From Amoebidium appalachense (lineage: Eukaryota; Protista; Ichthyosporea), in the NCBI GenBank assembly GCA_963693365.1, contig CAVNZM010000003.1:10260101-10324100 (forward strand): a stretch of DNA of 64,000 nt, given 5' to 3'. The position numbers and the translations under genes are program-made. Within the stretch, counting starts at the first letter, position 1. Each line of letters begins with the position of its first letter. The notes under the pieces were generated by a model. That model was not told the DNA's origin. It worked only from the letters and a program-made list of their open reading frames with translations, and searched no databases. This document shows positions 26,417 through 58,829 of this stretch, piece after piece.

Positions 26417-27159
26417 AATGGCTACCGCTCTGCCGCCTTGGGTGTTTGCAAATGTCACAAAAGTTATTCTTTGTATATCTCTTTGCCGCAGTCTTGCATA
26501 CTGCGTTTCTCATGCTTTCAAATTAATTTGATTGATATGATAATAAGAAATTTAGCCTACACAGTGACGGTGTGTTGGGTAGAAAGCTGAATGATGGATT
26601 TTAGGCATGCAGTCGCTTATGCATCGCAAAAGGAATTCATACAAACGGCCGGCACCTATTTATGTACATTTTTGGGAGAAATTTGGGGATTTGAAAGGTG
26701 TTGAATTTTGTCTTTGTTTTTTTTGTTTTTATGATGTAGCTATCGGGTAGAACGAGAATACACTATCATAATGTGGGTGGTAGTGCGCAGATAGCCATCG
26801 TTTAGGTGCTTTGTATGTAACAGTAGTATTCGTAAATGAAAGTATGTGCTCTGTGAGCAAGAAATTCGACTAGACTCGTGAAACACCTTTCCCCAGTCCT
26901 CGGTCCCCTCCCTCTCTGCATTTCTGCGTAAGCACTCGATGCTGTGGAGCGAAACTCACTTCTAAAGATGCAGGTGCACACCCATTGCATACCCACCCAC
27001 ACGCACACGCACACATGTGCATGGTTGATTGGGAAAGCGTTTGTTACACACAGCATTTTCGGCGTCACCCCCCCTTTTCCGCGGCTTTGTTTCAAGCAGC
27101 TTTTCCAAGTGTCAACTCCACTGGCACGGCTCTAACCCCGTGACTTGGCTTTATATATG

Positions 27160-27380
27160 GCGTAGCCCAGAATCAGATCACGTTTCTGCACTTTCATTGG
27201 CTCGGGCATATAATATTACGCTATTGTGATTGGTTGACAGAATGTGGACGTTTTGATTGGCCAAGCCAACACCCAGAAAAATCTTCGAGCGTGTTCCATT
27301 TCTCGCGAGTCGTTCCACCTCGGGCTCACGCGAACAAGTGGCGTTTTGACCGTGACTTACCTCGTGGGTGTATAAAGGGA
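27160..27380 (+). promoter_or_regulatory. Promoter of the small membrane-protein gene (3x inverted CCAAT, TATA)
   Basis: ATTGG at about 27196, 27229 and 27256; TATAAA at 27371. Confidence 0.5.
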
Positions 27381-27714
27381 ACACGTCGTACGGTGTGCGC
27401 GGCAGGATTCACTGTGAAAAAAATAGGACATAGGAAGCATGAACATACGAAACACAAGTACAAAGCAGCATTGTTTTATCATCAACACACGACTTCAAGC
27501 TTTGCTGTGCATGACCCAACACTGCTCTTGTGTGTGAGGCTACCGGGTTCCTAAGAACATCTTTTGCCACTCTGCACGAACTTGGTGTTTGAGGTGCCTT
27601 AAAGTTGGTTTTTTTTTTCCAAGTACCCAAACCTCGCAAAACGCCAAAACAGAGAGCCGCCTTGCCCGGTTTTCCGAAGCTAAAGAGAGAGAAAGAGTGC
27701 AACAACATTTCGCC

Positions 27715-28071
27715 ATGGCTACCGTGAACTACGAAGGTGAGCTTTCCCAAGGTGAACAGCGCACGCGCAAACGCCAGTGGATATATTTTGGCCCCATTCT
27801 TGCTGCACCTATCACACACATTTGCGTAAGTCTTCTTCGCCATGCAAAGACCCAGCGGCAGAAAAACATGCTCATTGGTTTCGGGATTGTTGGCGCCACT
27901 GCTGCGACGATTGGGATGAGGTTGTATCTGATGAAGCATGCCGGGTATGCGAGCAGTGGGGTTATCCATGATGATGGGAGAGTTTTGAAGGTGACGGAGG
28001 CGGAGGCGGAGAGGGTTAGAAACCCGGCGATAATCGAGGTACTGAAACATGCGCTTAAGGGCGCATTGTAG
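27715..28071 (+). CDS. Small (118 aa) protein with two predicted hydrophobic helices, unknown function, intronless CDS
   Basis: gccATGG context; WIYFGPILAAPITHICVSLL and MLIGFGIVGATAATIGMRLYLM hydrophobic segments; normal-complexity sequence downstream of a promoter-like cluster. Confidence 0.75.
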   Translation: MATVNYEGELSQGEQRTRKRQWIYFGPILAAPITHICVSLLRHAKTQRQKNMLIGFGIVGATAATIGMRLYLMKHAGYASSGVIHDDGRVLKVTEAEAERVRNPAIIEVLKHALKGAL

Positions 28072-29197
28072 GATGATGTGCAAACGGTAGTTGCTGATGT
28101 TGAGGTGATAGATGCTTTTAGAGGTTTCAGTGTTTTTCCTGCTATGGCAAGTGTTCAGGGCTGTTTATAACATCTATGTGGCTGGGCGAGAAAGCAGAAT
28201 GTGTAAAACGTATAACAGTTGTGGGTTACTGAATCTGATGGTGATCAACTGTTCGGGTCCAGTTTGATGCTCTCACATGGTGAAGCAAGCTTGCTTTCTG
28301 ACCCAGAGGTAGTGTGAGGGAGCACGTGAGGGTCTCAGTACACGTGTGTGCATGTGTAATAGCACGGGGGGAGGGTGTGTGTGTGTGTGGGAAGGGGGGG
28401 GGGGGGGGGAAGGGGGGATTTGGAGTTGGATGCCGTGCCGAGATATCGATAGAAGTTCAGGGGTGGTGATTGATCGAATACTACATAGTGTAGGTTGAGT
28501 ATCTACGTAAGGGGAGCAAAGAAGAGTTGGTGTATCATACAGGCCCGGGTGCCCAGCTTAATACTAGCTGGTGGGATTATGTTAATAGATGTGTGATAGT
28601 TCGAGAAATCTGTGCACACTCGCGGGGGAGCAGATATATTCATTTCCCACTTGCGGAGGAGCCGGGGGGGGGGGGGGGGGGGGGTAGCTTGATTTGGCGT
28701 TCTGCGAGTGGCTTCTGTTGTTTCTCTTTTACTTAAAGATATTTAATTTGATTGTGTCACCCGGTTATTGAATGTATGCGTGCCTGTACTAGTGTGTGCC
28801 TATGTACGAAAATATTTTTAAAATGGCAAATTGAATGGTTGAAGTATGTATGGAAACCAGCAGAAGCTGTGTGCTGTTCATAGCAGGGCTGGTTACTATT
28901 CGTTAGATAAGGTTGTTTATACACTCTTTGCTCCGATGACATTCTATGGAACAAAAGTGATCCTCAGATCTCTCTACAATCCGATGTGTTCCGGCACGCT
29001 CATATATAGCTGCTAAAGATATCCCCCCCCTCCCCTTTCGCCCCTTCTATCCGAGCTCATTAAACCATCGATAACCCATCCATGTGTGCCTGTCCGTGTT
29101 TGTCCACATGTTGTCTACATTATCAAAGGGATGTGCCTTGTACAAACCAGCTGTTGTGTGGTAATTATATTCAAACTTGGGACCCCCCCCCCCCCCC

Positions 29198-29228
<31 letters not shown>

Positions 29229-29331
29229 TTCTGCTTTCTTTGTGTGCCTAGCAAGTCGGCATCAAAGTGTTCGTCGTGAAAGTGTATTTTCCGTCGTGGC
29301 TCTGTAGTGCAGTCTACGTATATCCCCCCCG

Positions 29332-29364
<33 letters not shown>

Positions 29365-29460
29365 TAACCACCCACACACACACACACACTCACACACACG
29401 TGCGCACGCGCACACTCACACACACATGCACATGCACACACACGCATGTGCACGCCCCCC

Positions 29461-29491
<31 letters not shown>

Positions 29492-29632
29492 AAAAAAAAA
29501 AAAAAAGAAAAAGGTAGCTTTGAATTCGAAAGAACTTTTAGTAATTTAGTAAGTAACTAAGAACATCATGAGCAGTCAGCATGAGATGTACATGTCAATT
29601 TACTAGGGAAGAGCAACAGACTATCCCAACCT

Positions 29633-29664
<32 letters not shown>

Positions 29665-29908
29665 TCCCGGCCACGTGGCATACTGTCTGCACAGATATGG
29701 ATATTTCTAGATTTAATTTATACTTGTGATAGAAAAACCATCGACTCAAGTTCGTGAATATCCAGGCCTAGGCCGTCGGGAGGGATAATCCTGAAGACCA
29801 GAAAGCGATAGATGGAGAGTGAAAGAGGCTCGCAGAGTGAGATACCCAGGAGAGAGAAGGAAGAGGGAGAGTGTGAATAGAGAGAGTGTGTATATGTGTT
29901 TGTGTCAC

Positions 29909-29959
<51 letters not shown>

Positions 29960-30456
29960 ATGTGTACATGTGTGCAGCCTGATGTACAAATGAGCTGCAG
30001 TGGCCAGCAGAAGTTGTTGGGAGTAGTGAGTCGTGGCCCAGTGGGCGCCAAAGATGGCATGGGTGGCTCGATCACCATTGGATTGACTTCGTCAGCTGCA
30101 GATCAAAATGGAATGAAAAGGCTGAATGACTCATGATCTCAAATTTCTTCGCAATCACGATAGTTAACATGACTTAAGTAAAACTCAGTTTCAAACTTGA
30201 ATGAATAAATTAAGAGTATCACGGTTTTTGTTAAGAGAATCCGGTACTGATCAGGTTAAAAGTACTTCGGATCCCAGATCTTTAGATAGGATCCTGAACT
30301 GAATTTTTGTCATCTTATAAGTTAATGTGCCCCCCTCCCCCTCCCCCCCCCCCCTCCCCCCTCTTCCCCCTCCCTGATTTGGGCGGGGCGTTTTAAGTCA
30401 TGGGGTGGGGAATGTTTAGGGTTGGGTTGGGGGGGGGGGGGGGGGGGGAGGGAGAA

Positions 30457-30492
<36 letters not shown>

Positions 30493-31389
30493 GGGGGCAC
30501 GGTATTTTATGTGTTTACGCAATGGTGACATGACGCTGTTTTTTTTTTTTTTTCCCCAGGTTTTCTCCCTCCCCCCCCCCCCCCCCCCCCTCTCCCCTAT
30601 TTTAAGTGGATTTCAAGTTCAACAGGCCTAGGTGGATTACGAGCCAGTGTATTATTAAGGTATGCACTGTATACTTAGGAGACAAGAGAACGACTAAGTT
30701 AAAACTCATAACAAGTGCATTCTAGGATGCTTTCGAACTGTTACACTGTATGACAAAAACACAGTATAAATTTGATTTGGCGACGAGCAGAATTCAACAC
30801 CAAAAAAACTGAAATGTTCATGTTTCCTGCAAATATAGCAGGCACTCGTAAGGAGTGGCACGAATTTCACAAGAACCCTCGCCTTCTGAAAGAAACTCAT
30901 GCATGATATCGGGGTCCCGATTTTTGCACGTGGTTACATATGCATGTGACACTATACATGTGATCCGCATTGTGAACAGGTGCCAGGTGAGAAGGAAAAG
31001 GAGGATGTGATTATTGGGCTTAGTTAAGATGTTTCTGGCAAGCACAAAAACATAAATTATTACGAGATGAGTTTGGACCCAATGTAGTAATATTCTTGGG
31101 AACTTTAATATATGATAGCAGTTTTTGCCTTTCAAGTGGGTCAACGTTTTCGTTTGTTCTTTTCCGGGGGCTTCGTTAGAAGTTGTCAACGAGGCGTGCT
31201 TAGTGGTTTCAATTGGGCATGTTGGTGTTTCCTTGTTTAACGTTCAACTTGGTTTGCCAATATGTTCATTCCAACAGTGTTGTAACAGTACACACACACG
31301 CCACGCACACAGACACACAACGTCCAAACACACACGTGGGCAGTTGCGCGCGCACGCACGCGCGCGCGTACACACTCACATACACACAC

Positions 31390-31448
<59 letters not shown>

Positions 31449-31710
31449 CACACACATACACGCAAGCACGCACGCACCAATGCACGCGCGCGCACAGGCA
31501 TTTAGGCCCGCAGGCCCGCACGCACGCAGGCATACATGCACGCACACACACGAACGCACACACGAACGCACGCACACGCACACGCACGCTCACACACACA
31601 CACAAACACTCACACATTCACATGCGCTCGCTCGCGTGTAGGCAAAATGAAAATTTTATTGGCAAACCGTACGCACACGCACACATACACACAACACACC
31701 ACATGAGAGA

Positions 31711-31806
<96 letters not shown>

Positions 31807-31867
31807 GACTCGATCCGGCGGAGAGAGAATCGAATTGCTCAGGATGACAGCAGGGAACTTGGGCCAG

Positions 31868-31930
31868 CTGACAACCAATCACAAGCCTTCTTTTGCATTG
31901 TGGCGCCAAAGTATTACCATAATTGGTGCG
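31868..31930 (+). promoter_or_regulatory. CCAAT plus E2F-type promoter elements upstream of the SYCE2-like gene
   Basis: AACCAATCAC at about 31872, GGCGCCAAA (reverse complement TTTGGCGCC) at about 31902, ATTGG at 31922. Confidence 0.45.
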
Positions 31931-32789
31931 GCTTATCAGATTATCATTGACCTGGGGAGAGCAAGGGGTGCATGTGCCGGGCAGTCTCTAGACAGTTTCC
32001 TATGATAGAGGAAGAAGATGTGATGTGGAACATGAGGATCTTTTGAGAGAAAAAGTTGCTTGGAAAGCTTTGGTTGCGTTGGGGATAAAAAAATATATGC
32101 CGAAACTCACATTTTGACAACTTTTTGACAAGTGTGGCCAAGAGGTTGAAAGACTTTGTACAGCCTAGGAGCTGGTTCAACTACAGTCCATTTTCTTAGG
32201 CTCGCTTCTATCCTTGAGTTCTGAACGCTATATTAATTAGCTTGCATACACGCAAGAAACAGCTTACTTTGGCTAAGAATAATAAAACATCAGAATTAGA
32301 TGTACGTCGGTTCTCTTCCAGACGGTGAACAAGGGATCTTCCTCTATATCAAGGTTTGCGAGTTCCGCTGAGCTCGAGGATTTAAGAAAAAGATGGCAAC
32401 TGAGAACGTTGGGCTCCCACCTGCTTCCGAGACTACTAAAAGGTGTGCTTTACGCTTTTGAGGCTTCCATGTCCTGAAATGAGTTCTGCGTTTGTTGAGT
32501 GTTTTATTTGGGCACGGCGGGCTGCTCTCATGTTTCAAGAGTTTCGTTCGTGCCTGCTGGTCGTTTTTCCCGGTCGTGATGCATCAGGCAGGTTCGAGTG
32601 AATGTGCTAAGCTTCCAGATTACGAAGCAGAAAAAGAGCGGTAATGGGCTGTTACTTTTGCCCTTTGAGAGGCTCATGCATGCCCTAGCTATAGTGTTCC
32701 AAGCATCTAGATCATCAAGTGGGAAAGTGTTTGGAGAATCCCTCGATTGGGTTCTTGAAAGTAGTGCTGACGACTTCCCAAGCAGCATC

Positions 32790-33835
32790 ATGGAGAACCA
32801 AGCAGACAGCACACAGCAACCACACGGTCAGCAACCATCAGGTATGCTTTAGGCTGTAAGACAAGTGAATACAGCTCACTGATTTTCTGGACCCCACTTT
32901 CTGGTTCTTTTGTTTCACTGATGTGTATGCATCAGGCGTGTTTAGTCTGGAATTTCTCACGCTCGATAATTGAACCACAAAGTGAAGTTTCTCTTTTCGT
33001 TAGTTACCCTCACGCTCGATGCAACCCTCAAAGTGCTGATTTCACTTTTTGTTACCATGGTCCAAATCTTCCAAGTGCGGCACTCAGCTGGCAAGAAGTA
33101 CGCAACAGAAAGAAAAAGTTTTCCGAAGTTATGTTGTATGTATAGAGCAATCACTTTCGCCATAACTTCTGAAACCTGCACAAATACCGCTGCAAAGTTC
33201 TTAACTGACACTTTCAGTTTAAGTTTTTTCATTCTGCATCATCCAACTCGATTGTGAACTCCATCACCCACAGGTAACGAGCCCTTCTGCTCCGAGTATG
33301 TTGCCAAACTGCAGCAGCTACTAACCCAGATCCAAGATAAAAAGCGGGAAGATCAGGAGATGTTGGCTGGTATGCTTAACTCATCCCCCCCCCTCCCCCC
33401 CCCCCCCCCCCCCCCCTCCACCCCTCCCTCTCCTTCGCCCCTCCCCTTTCTGGTACTATGTGTAACCTACCTCATCGCATTCGCTTTGGAATCTGCTAGC
33501 CTTTGCACTTTCCAACCATTATCATATAACACCAAGTCCTGCCTGTGACTGGGTCCCACATCTGTACATTTCTGAGCAACTGTGCAAAGAGCTGTGGTTC
33601 ATGTTTTCTGTTTTGACTATTTCAGCACACGCCTTCCACAGCTACAAACATTGCTTAAGAATCTTTTGAACGACAGTGCACTTACATGTGTACACGGCAT
33701 GAAATGCACGCACACGTAACTATAGTGCACAACCAGCATGAACATATGCACTTCCGATCATGATCTTCCCGAAAGTCGTGTGTATATTCTTATAACACAC
33801 TTAGGCCTTTCCCGGCGGAGCGAAGTTCGATCCCC

Positions 33836-33871
<36 letters not shown>

Positions 33872-34482
33872 CAAAAAAAACACACACCCACATCTCTCCG
33901 TAATTACCGACCCACACACACCTACACCCTTACCACAACCAGAGTACCGAGAGCATCTGCAGAATGTGCTACAGGGACTGATAGAGTGTGTGCAGTCGTC
34001 CTTCGAGCAGTTGGAGGCAAGCAACAACCAGAAGTACGAGCAGGTGCTGGGCGAGATACAGGCCACCATTGACCACGCAAGTACGTCATTCTCACATTTC
34101 CCTCCGTCTTTAGCACTCACGGTGTAGGTAAGCTATATATGTCCACGGCGCATCCATCCGATCGATTGATTGCCAAGAAAGTATTAGCAACACAAGGGGA
34201 AAGCACCTAGTTTCATAGTATGCTGTGCGTAGCAGTGTGCATCGTTCCCAGTTACATAACCAGCCAGCCGCGATAACAACTTGGGACAGGCTAACTTATC
34301 CTTTAGGACTGGATTTTAAATTTTTCTTTGTATCATCTTTGTTCCTATGTGGCGCAGGACTAACATGCAGCTGCATGCCCGCAGAGGACCTGCGCCGACA
34401 GAAAGAGAATTTCATTCTGACAATTGCCGACCTGCACGCCAGAGTGGCTGCCGTGGTTGGCCAGGCGCTGCCAGCTGCATAG
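32790..34482 (+). CDS. SYCE2: Coiled-coil protein resembling synaptonemal complex central element protein 2 (SYCE2-like)
   Basis: Exons 32790-32841, 33274-33369, 33943-34080, 34385-34482 (GT-AG, phase-consistent, 127 aa; a further upstream coding exon 32393-32442 is possible). KLQQLLTQIQDKKREDQEMLAEYREHLQNVLQGLIECVQ aligns without gaps to the SYCE2 core as I recall it (RAQELIENINKSRQKDHALMTNFRNSLKTKVSDLTEKLE). Gene structure is secure; orthology is inference. Confidence 0.6.
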
Positions 34483-35339
34483 CTTCCTCGCTCCTACAGT
34501 ACTTCATGTTTTTTAGTATGGTCTTTCTCTACTTAGGGGATAGCAAGACCAGATCGATGTAGCCTCCGTACCCTTCGTGCACGTGAACTGATCCAAAACA
34601 CCTGTAGTACATTATCGTAGAATCCACTCACTGCTCTTGTCTGCTGTGCCCGTAGGCTGAAACTAATGTAAAGCGCAAAAGTGTTCGCTTCGACTTAATG
34701 CTGGAGTGTTCATCTGGCAAAGCCACACCAAGCCGCTGGTCTGTCTAGGCAATTCCTTAAGTATTACAACTGTGGCTTCTATTTATTACAACAACCGATG
34801 CTAACCGTTCTGGTCTCCCATGTAGACACACACCTTGTCCAGAGCCATGCACTTCACAAACAGCAACATAGCAGTACGAAGGTTTGCTAAACAAGAACAC
34901 CATTTATTGAAGGACAATAAACAAAAACAAAAAAACAGAAGCTTGCTGGCTTGGCTTTTAGAAAGGCCAAAGCACGCTACCTCAGTCTTTCGCTGAAGCA
35001 TGATTACCTGTCTTAACACAAAGGGCACTTTGCCACCAAGGGCTGTGTACTACACATACGGTGACTTCTAAGCAAACCGCGGGCTGCAGGACTTTACAAA
35101 ACTTACAATAATTCTGTGCAAGGGACCATGTGTACACCAGCACTCTGAGACTGTGCCTCGATCAGAACCCAACTTGCGTATATACTAAATCTATTTTACG
35201 CACAAGCTGCTGATAATTTTCTAACCACACAGTAGCAATTCACGCCACTACACATCAAACTATAATGATTCCTGCGATTACAAGGTTAAGCATATTCATT
35301 CTACAGAGCGAATAACAGTCGTCGGCTCTCTGCTTTGCA

Positions 35340-36209
35340 TCATTTAAAAAATTCATGTTTCATGTCATCACGGACAGGGGAGAGTTCATACCAAAGGCAT
35401 TTTTCATTCACTGAAGTTTCGCGCGTGCCAAATAAATAAGAAGAACAGGTAGAGAAGGGTGAGTACTCAGACCCGAGGGCACCAACCACAATGGGGTCCT
35501 CCTGCTTCGTTTCATACCAGGGGTCCATGGACATAAGAATGTCCCCCTCTAGATCAGCATCATGTTTCGACTTGTCTGACAAGCCGGCAAAGGGCAACAC
35601 AAAAGGATTCGCGTACGAGTAAAAAGAAGAGCTCGCGTCAAACACGTCGAGCTGCATGGGCGTTGCGGTTGAGTTTTCGAGGTGACATTTACGGCACGAG
35701 TGGGTAAAACTCTGGTCGCGTACAGCAGGGACAGCAGGCGTCCCCTTGTTCATAACAACAGCGGGTGCCTCCCAGAGCACACGCACGCGTGACATTTCGA
35801 TGGGTTCGGTAGGGATCTTTCTGAGGTAGTAACGCAGAGGCACCATGTTGTAATTGGTCTTGCGCGGCGCCCTAGGTCCGTTTGACATGCGTTCATACAC
35901 GACTTCCTCCTCTTCACTCTCTCCTTCTCCTTTTCCCCCTTTCTCTAGTTCAGCTTCGACTTCGTTCTCAATACGTTCAGAAAGGGGAGTTTCGTCGGGG
36001 ATGGGAGCGGGCACTACTACTTTTTCGACTATTAACTCGAGACCCTGTGTGAGGGGGTGGGCGTCGGGAGGTGACATGTCTTCAGGAAGAGTAGGCTCCC
36101 CACCCACGCCGCGAGCTTGAGCACCGGCCGTCCTTTCAATGATGAGTTGCGGCCTCCGCCGCGAGGCGGAGGCCGAAAGCTCAGAAGGCTGTTCCCGTAC
36201 GTGGCACAT
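35340..36209 (-). CDS. Hypothetical 289-aa intronless protein, no recognised family
   Basis: aaaATG start, 870-nt open frame in normal-complexity sequence with AT-rich flanks; acidic patch EGESEEEEVV, one CxxC (CRKC). Confidence 0.65.
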   Translation of the reverse strand: MCHVREQPSELSASASRRRPQLIIERTAGAQARGVGGEPTLPEDMSPPDAHPLTQGLELIVEKVVVPAPIPDETPLSERIENEVEAELEKGGKGEGESEEEEVVYERMSNGPRAPRKTNYNMVPLRYYLRKIPTEPIEMSRVRVLWEAPAVVMNKGTPAVPAVRDQSFTHSCRKCHLENSTATPMQLDVFDASSSFYSYANPFVLPFAGLSDKSKHDADLEGDILMSMDPWYETKQEDPIVVGALGSEYSPFSTCSSYLFGTRETSVNEKCLWYELSPVRDDMKHEFFK

Positions 36210-37789
36210 TTTTGGTTCTTTTAAAGAGAGAACGAAAGGTTAAAAAAGGGTAGCGTAAATAACCAAGAGGAGACGCTCAAAGGTCAGTCTTTTCACGAAT
36301 GAAACGGTTTTGATGTGGTGGTACAGTTTTGTCTTTTGACTTGCGGACCTCTAACATCGGATTATCATAGGGCGCTATAGATCCATGACATTTATAGATT
36401 ATAATGATTTTAAACATTTTCATGAAATTCAAAAGCTAACAAATAGATATGAATGGCGGACATTAATATCATGAGGGGGAGTTAGTAAAACAGCTGCTGC
36501 CAGGTGAGCCATCAAGAAGGATCCTAGTCAAAGGGTTCTGAAAAACTTTGTCAAAGGTCGTTATTGGATCAAGAGAGAAACGATAATGTCAAGTATAGGC
36601 ACCCCAATAGGTGAAATCATGTGAAATTTCTTTCTATAAATAATTAAAAAATATAAACTCTTCATAACACACGCAAGTATAATAAGAAGAAAAAAAAGTA
36701 ATTTCTTTTCGGAATCTTGCGGAATCTTGCTACCGGCGGGCGGCTCCCACGCGATTGTCTAATTGGTGCCTTGAGTTTCAGTTTGCTTTTTCTGGGCCAG
36801 TGCTCGTCGGCCATGTCTAACTTGATGAGGACTCTTCGTTTCTTTTAGCGAACCAATCTTTCAGGAAATAAAGTCACCTAGAAAAAACGAAAAAAAAATA
36901 AATAACTATTAGAAAGGGAGGTGAAGGCTGCATGTATTTAACCGCAACCGTCCCAAGTTGAGAGAGAAACCATGTTGCGGAAATATATCCAGAATCAACC
37001 ATTTCCAATGGGCGACGGTCACGGGGGGCAGAGGTTCATCGTCTCTTCAATTTTCCACCATCAAGATAAGCTCTACCAACGACCATTGTTCTTCAAGGGT
37101 AACTGGAAGTATTCTTACAAGTATTCACGTTAACGGCGGCGCAATCGCATTTTCAGCTATAACTCTAGGGTCTGTCTCGCCTGACTCTGCTTATTTTAAT
37201 TATTTTTTGGCTGACATGTCTTGCTAAAATGAAACCCCCATTCATCGGATTGTAAGTCAGAGGGGATTTCTACTAACCAATTAAAAAGCTGTAGAATTGT
37301 CACCATTGTTTTTCATTGGTGAGCCATTCGTCTGGTTACTAAATTTAGGGTTTAAACTTTCACGTCAACATGAGCCTCATGAAATATTTCCTGTTCAACT
37401 TGTTCTGTAAATGTTCTGTAATATTTGAAATTCAAAAGAGGGGGCCACAGCAAGTTCTTAGGATGGTGGCTAAATAGTAATGGCTTAGATTATTTTAAGG
37501 AATTTACGCTAGAAAAACTCGGAATACGGAAAGTTTATTTGTAGCACCGGGATTCGGCTATCGAGTCGACATAAATCCTTTTTTTCAAATTTTGCATCCG
37601 AATATTCACTAAAAAGAGATCTTGGTCAAGGGAGATAGTTATTGAGTCGCCCGGCCCAGCCTGCCCACGCACCCTTTCCTGTCGATTACGTCATCATACG
37701 ATGTCCATGGCCAGCGCTAGCCAGGGCTTACTTTCGGCCCTTGGCGTCTGGAGCTCTCACTGATCTCGCGATCGAGAGCTGAGCTCCGA

Positions 37790-38720
<931 letters not shown>

Positions 38721-39633
38721 ACTCCGGAGTCCCCCTTTTCTCCCCCTAGCTCTCCTTCATCCTTCTCGGGATTGACGGATCCTTTTCTCAGCGCCTTTCA
38801 CACAACTTACTCGATCAAATCATGCCTTGCACCCCCCCCCCCCCCCCCCCCCCCCCCTATCCCCTCCCTCCCTCCCCAACTGAAAAAACTCAAAAAGAAA
38901 AGAAAAACACACACGCGCACACACACGACGTGTACACAATATTGTGTCGGCCGCTATACTTATAAGAATCTTGGCGGGGAGAAGCTGTTCCGACCACCAT
39001 TTTGTATGACTACGGTAAGCCTTGAAGATCTAGAGGAGAGAAGAGAAAAGAAAAATTATTGCTGCGGAATGCTCCAGAGCCCTCTTCCTTGGAAGGTGCC
39101 CGGTGGGTGGTCTAGCTTATCTAGTTCCTGTCGACAGCTTTGGGAGTGTATCACCGTGATATGCATAGATCCCAAAGATCCCTCGCTGTCGATCGGAAGG
39201 TAAGTGCCATCCTAGTCTGTTTCCGTGTATGAGTTACATATACAGCTACGTCATTGTGGATGTTTCTGGAACGTTGACCGTAGTGCTGCCAAAAGGTTTT
39301 AGCCAAAGACTGTGCTTAATTATCAACATGATCAGGAAATCAAATTATTTCACATGTCTGCATGCAAAGGGCTATAGGAGCGCATCTACAATAGACATCG
39401 TGTTGTGCTATAGGCTTGTGATAGTGGTGCGTTGGTGGTGGTGTTCTGCTTTCAAGTGCGTGTCTGTACATGTGTGTGCTTACTTTATTCCTAGTTCAAT
39501 GGGATGGGGGGGGGGAGGAAGGGGGGGGGGGGGGGGGGGGGGGAGGGGGGGGAAGGCGGGAGAATGCTTCATCAACATCATCGGACAACTTGCAGCTCAA
39601 GTAAACAGCGTGATGAATTCAAGGAGTGTTTAG

Positions 39634-39705
39634 TTTCGTATGCATGACACCGTTTATTTGCTTTCGTTCGTATGCATGACAACGTTTATTTGCTTTCGTT
39701 CAATG
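39634..39705. repeat. Short tandem repeat (~32 bp, about 2.3 copies)
   Basis: TTCGTATGCATGACA(C/A)CGTTTATTTGCTTTCG repeated. Confidence 0.8.
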
Positions 39706-39887
39706 ACATCGTCTGTAATCCATTTTTGATGATAGTTGCTATTCTTGACTAGTGTTTCACTAGGTGTACGATTACAAACCAAATCCTCTCGAACCTAGTG
39801 GCTGATGATAGCACACACTGTCATTTTGATGGTCAGCGGAAAATAAAATAATAAAAAATAAAATATTATACGTGCCATGGGCACCAG

Positions 39888-39918
<31 letters not shown>

Positions 39919-40158
39919 ACCCACCCAATAACCACCACCAACACGACCACCACCATTGCCACCAGCATCTGTTTCATCATAACGAGATACGCGGATACCT
40001 ATGCATCTCCCAAACCAGAGCCCCGAGGAAGTACTACAGATTAAAGAAGCTGTATGAAGGACAGATGTACGAGATTGCGCACGTGTGTGCGTGCGCAAGT
40101 GCAAGGTTGTGTACAACTACAACTGTATGTACACGTGTGTGTGTGCGCGCAGTTGTGC

Positions 40159-40198
<40 letters not shown>

Positions 40199-40271
40199 AT
40201 GGCCCCCCGTGTCCTCCGGTGGCAAGCGATCCCCTCTTCATACAAACACTTCGATGAGTTTCGGTTCTCTC

Positions 40272-58728
<18,457 letters not shown>

Positions 58729-58829
58729 ACCCCCCTCTCCACCGCCCCCTCCCCCCCCCCCTCCCCCTCTCCCCCCTCCCCTCCCCCGCCCCCCCTTCCC
58801 GTTCTCCAACTACCCCTATCGCCCATCCC

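Noticed and set aside
27409-28083. 224-aa antisense ORF
   Set aside because: Shadow of the plus-strand membrane-protein gene; no recognisable features.
29720-31270. Minus-strand multi-exon gene between the membrane-protein and SYCE2-like genes
   Set aside because: Some acceptor-like sites and complex islands, but I could not build a phase-consistent frame or recognise a product.
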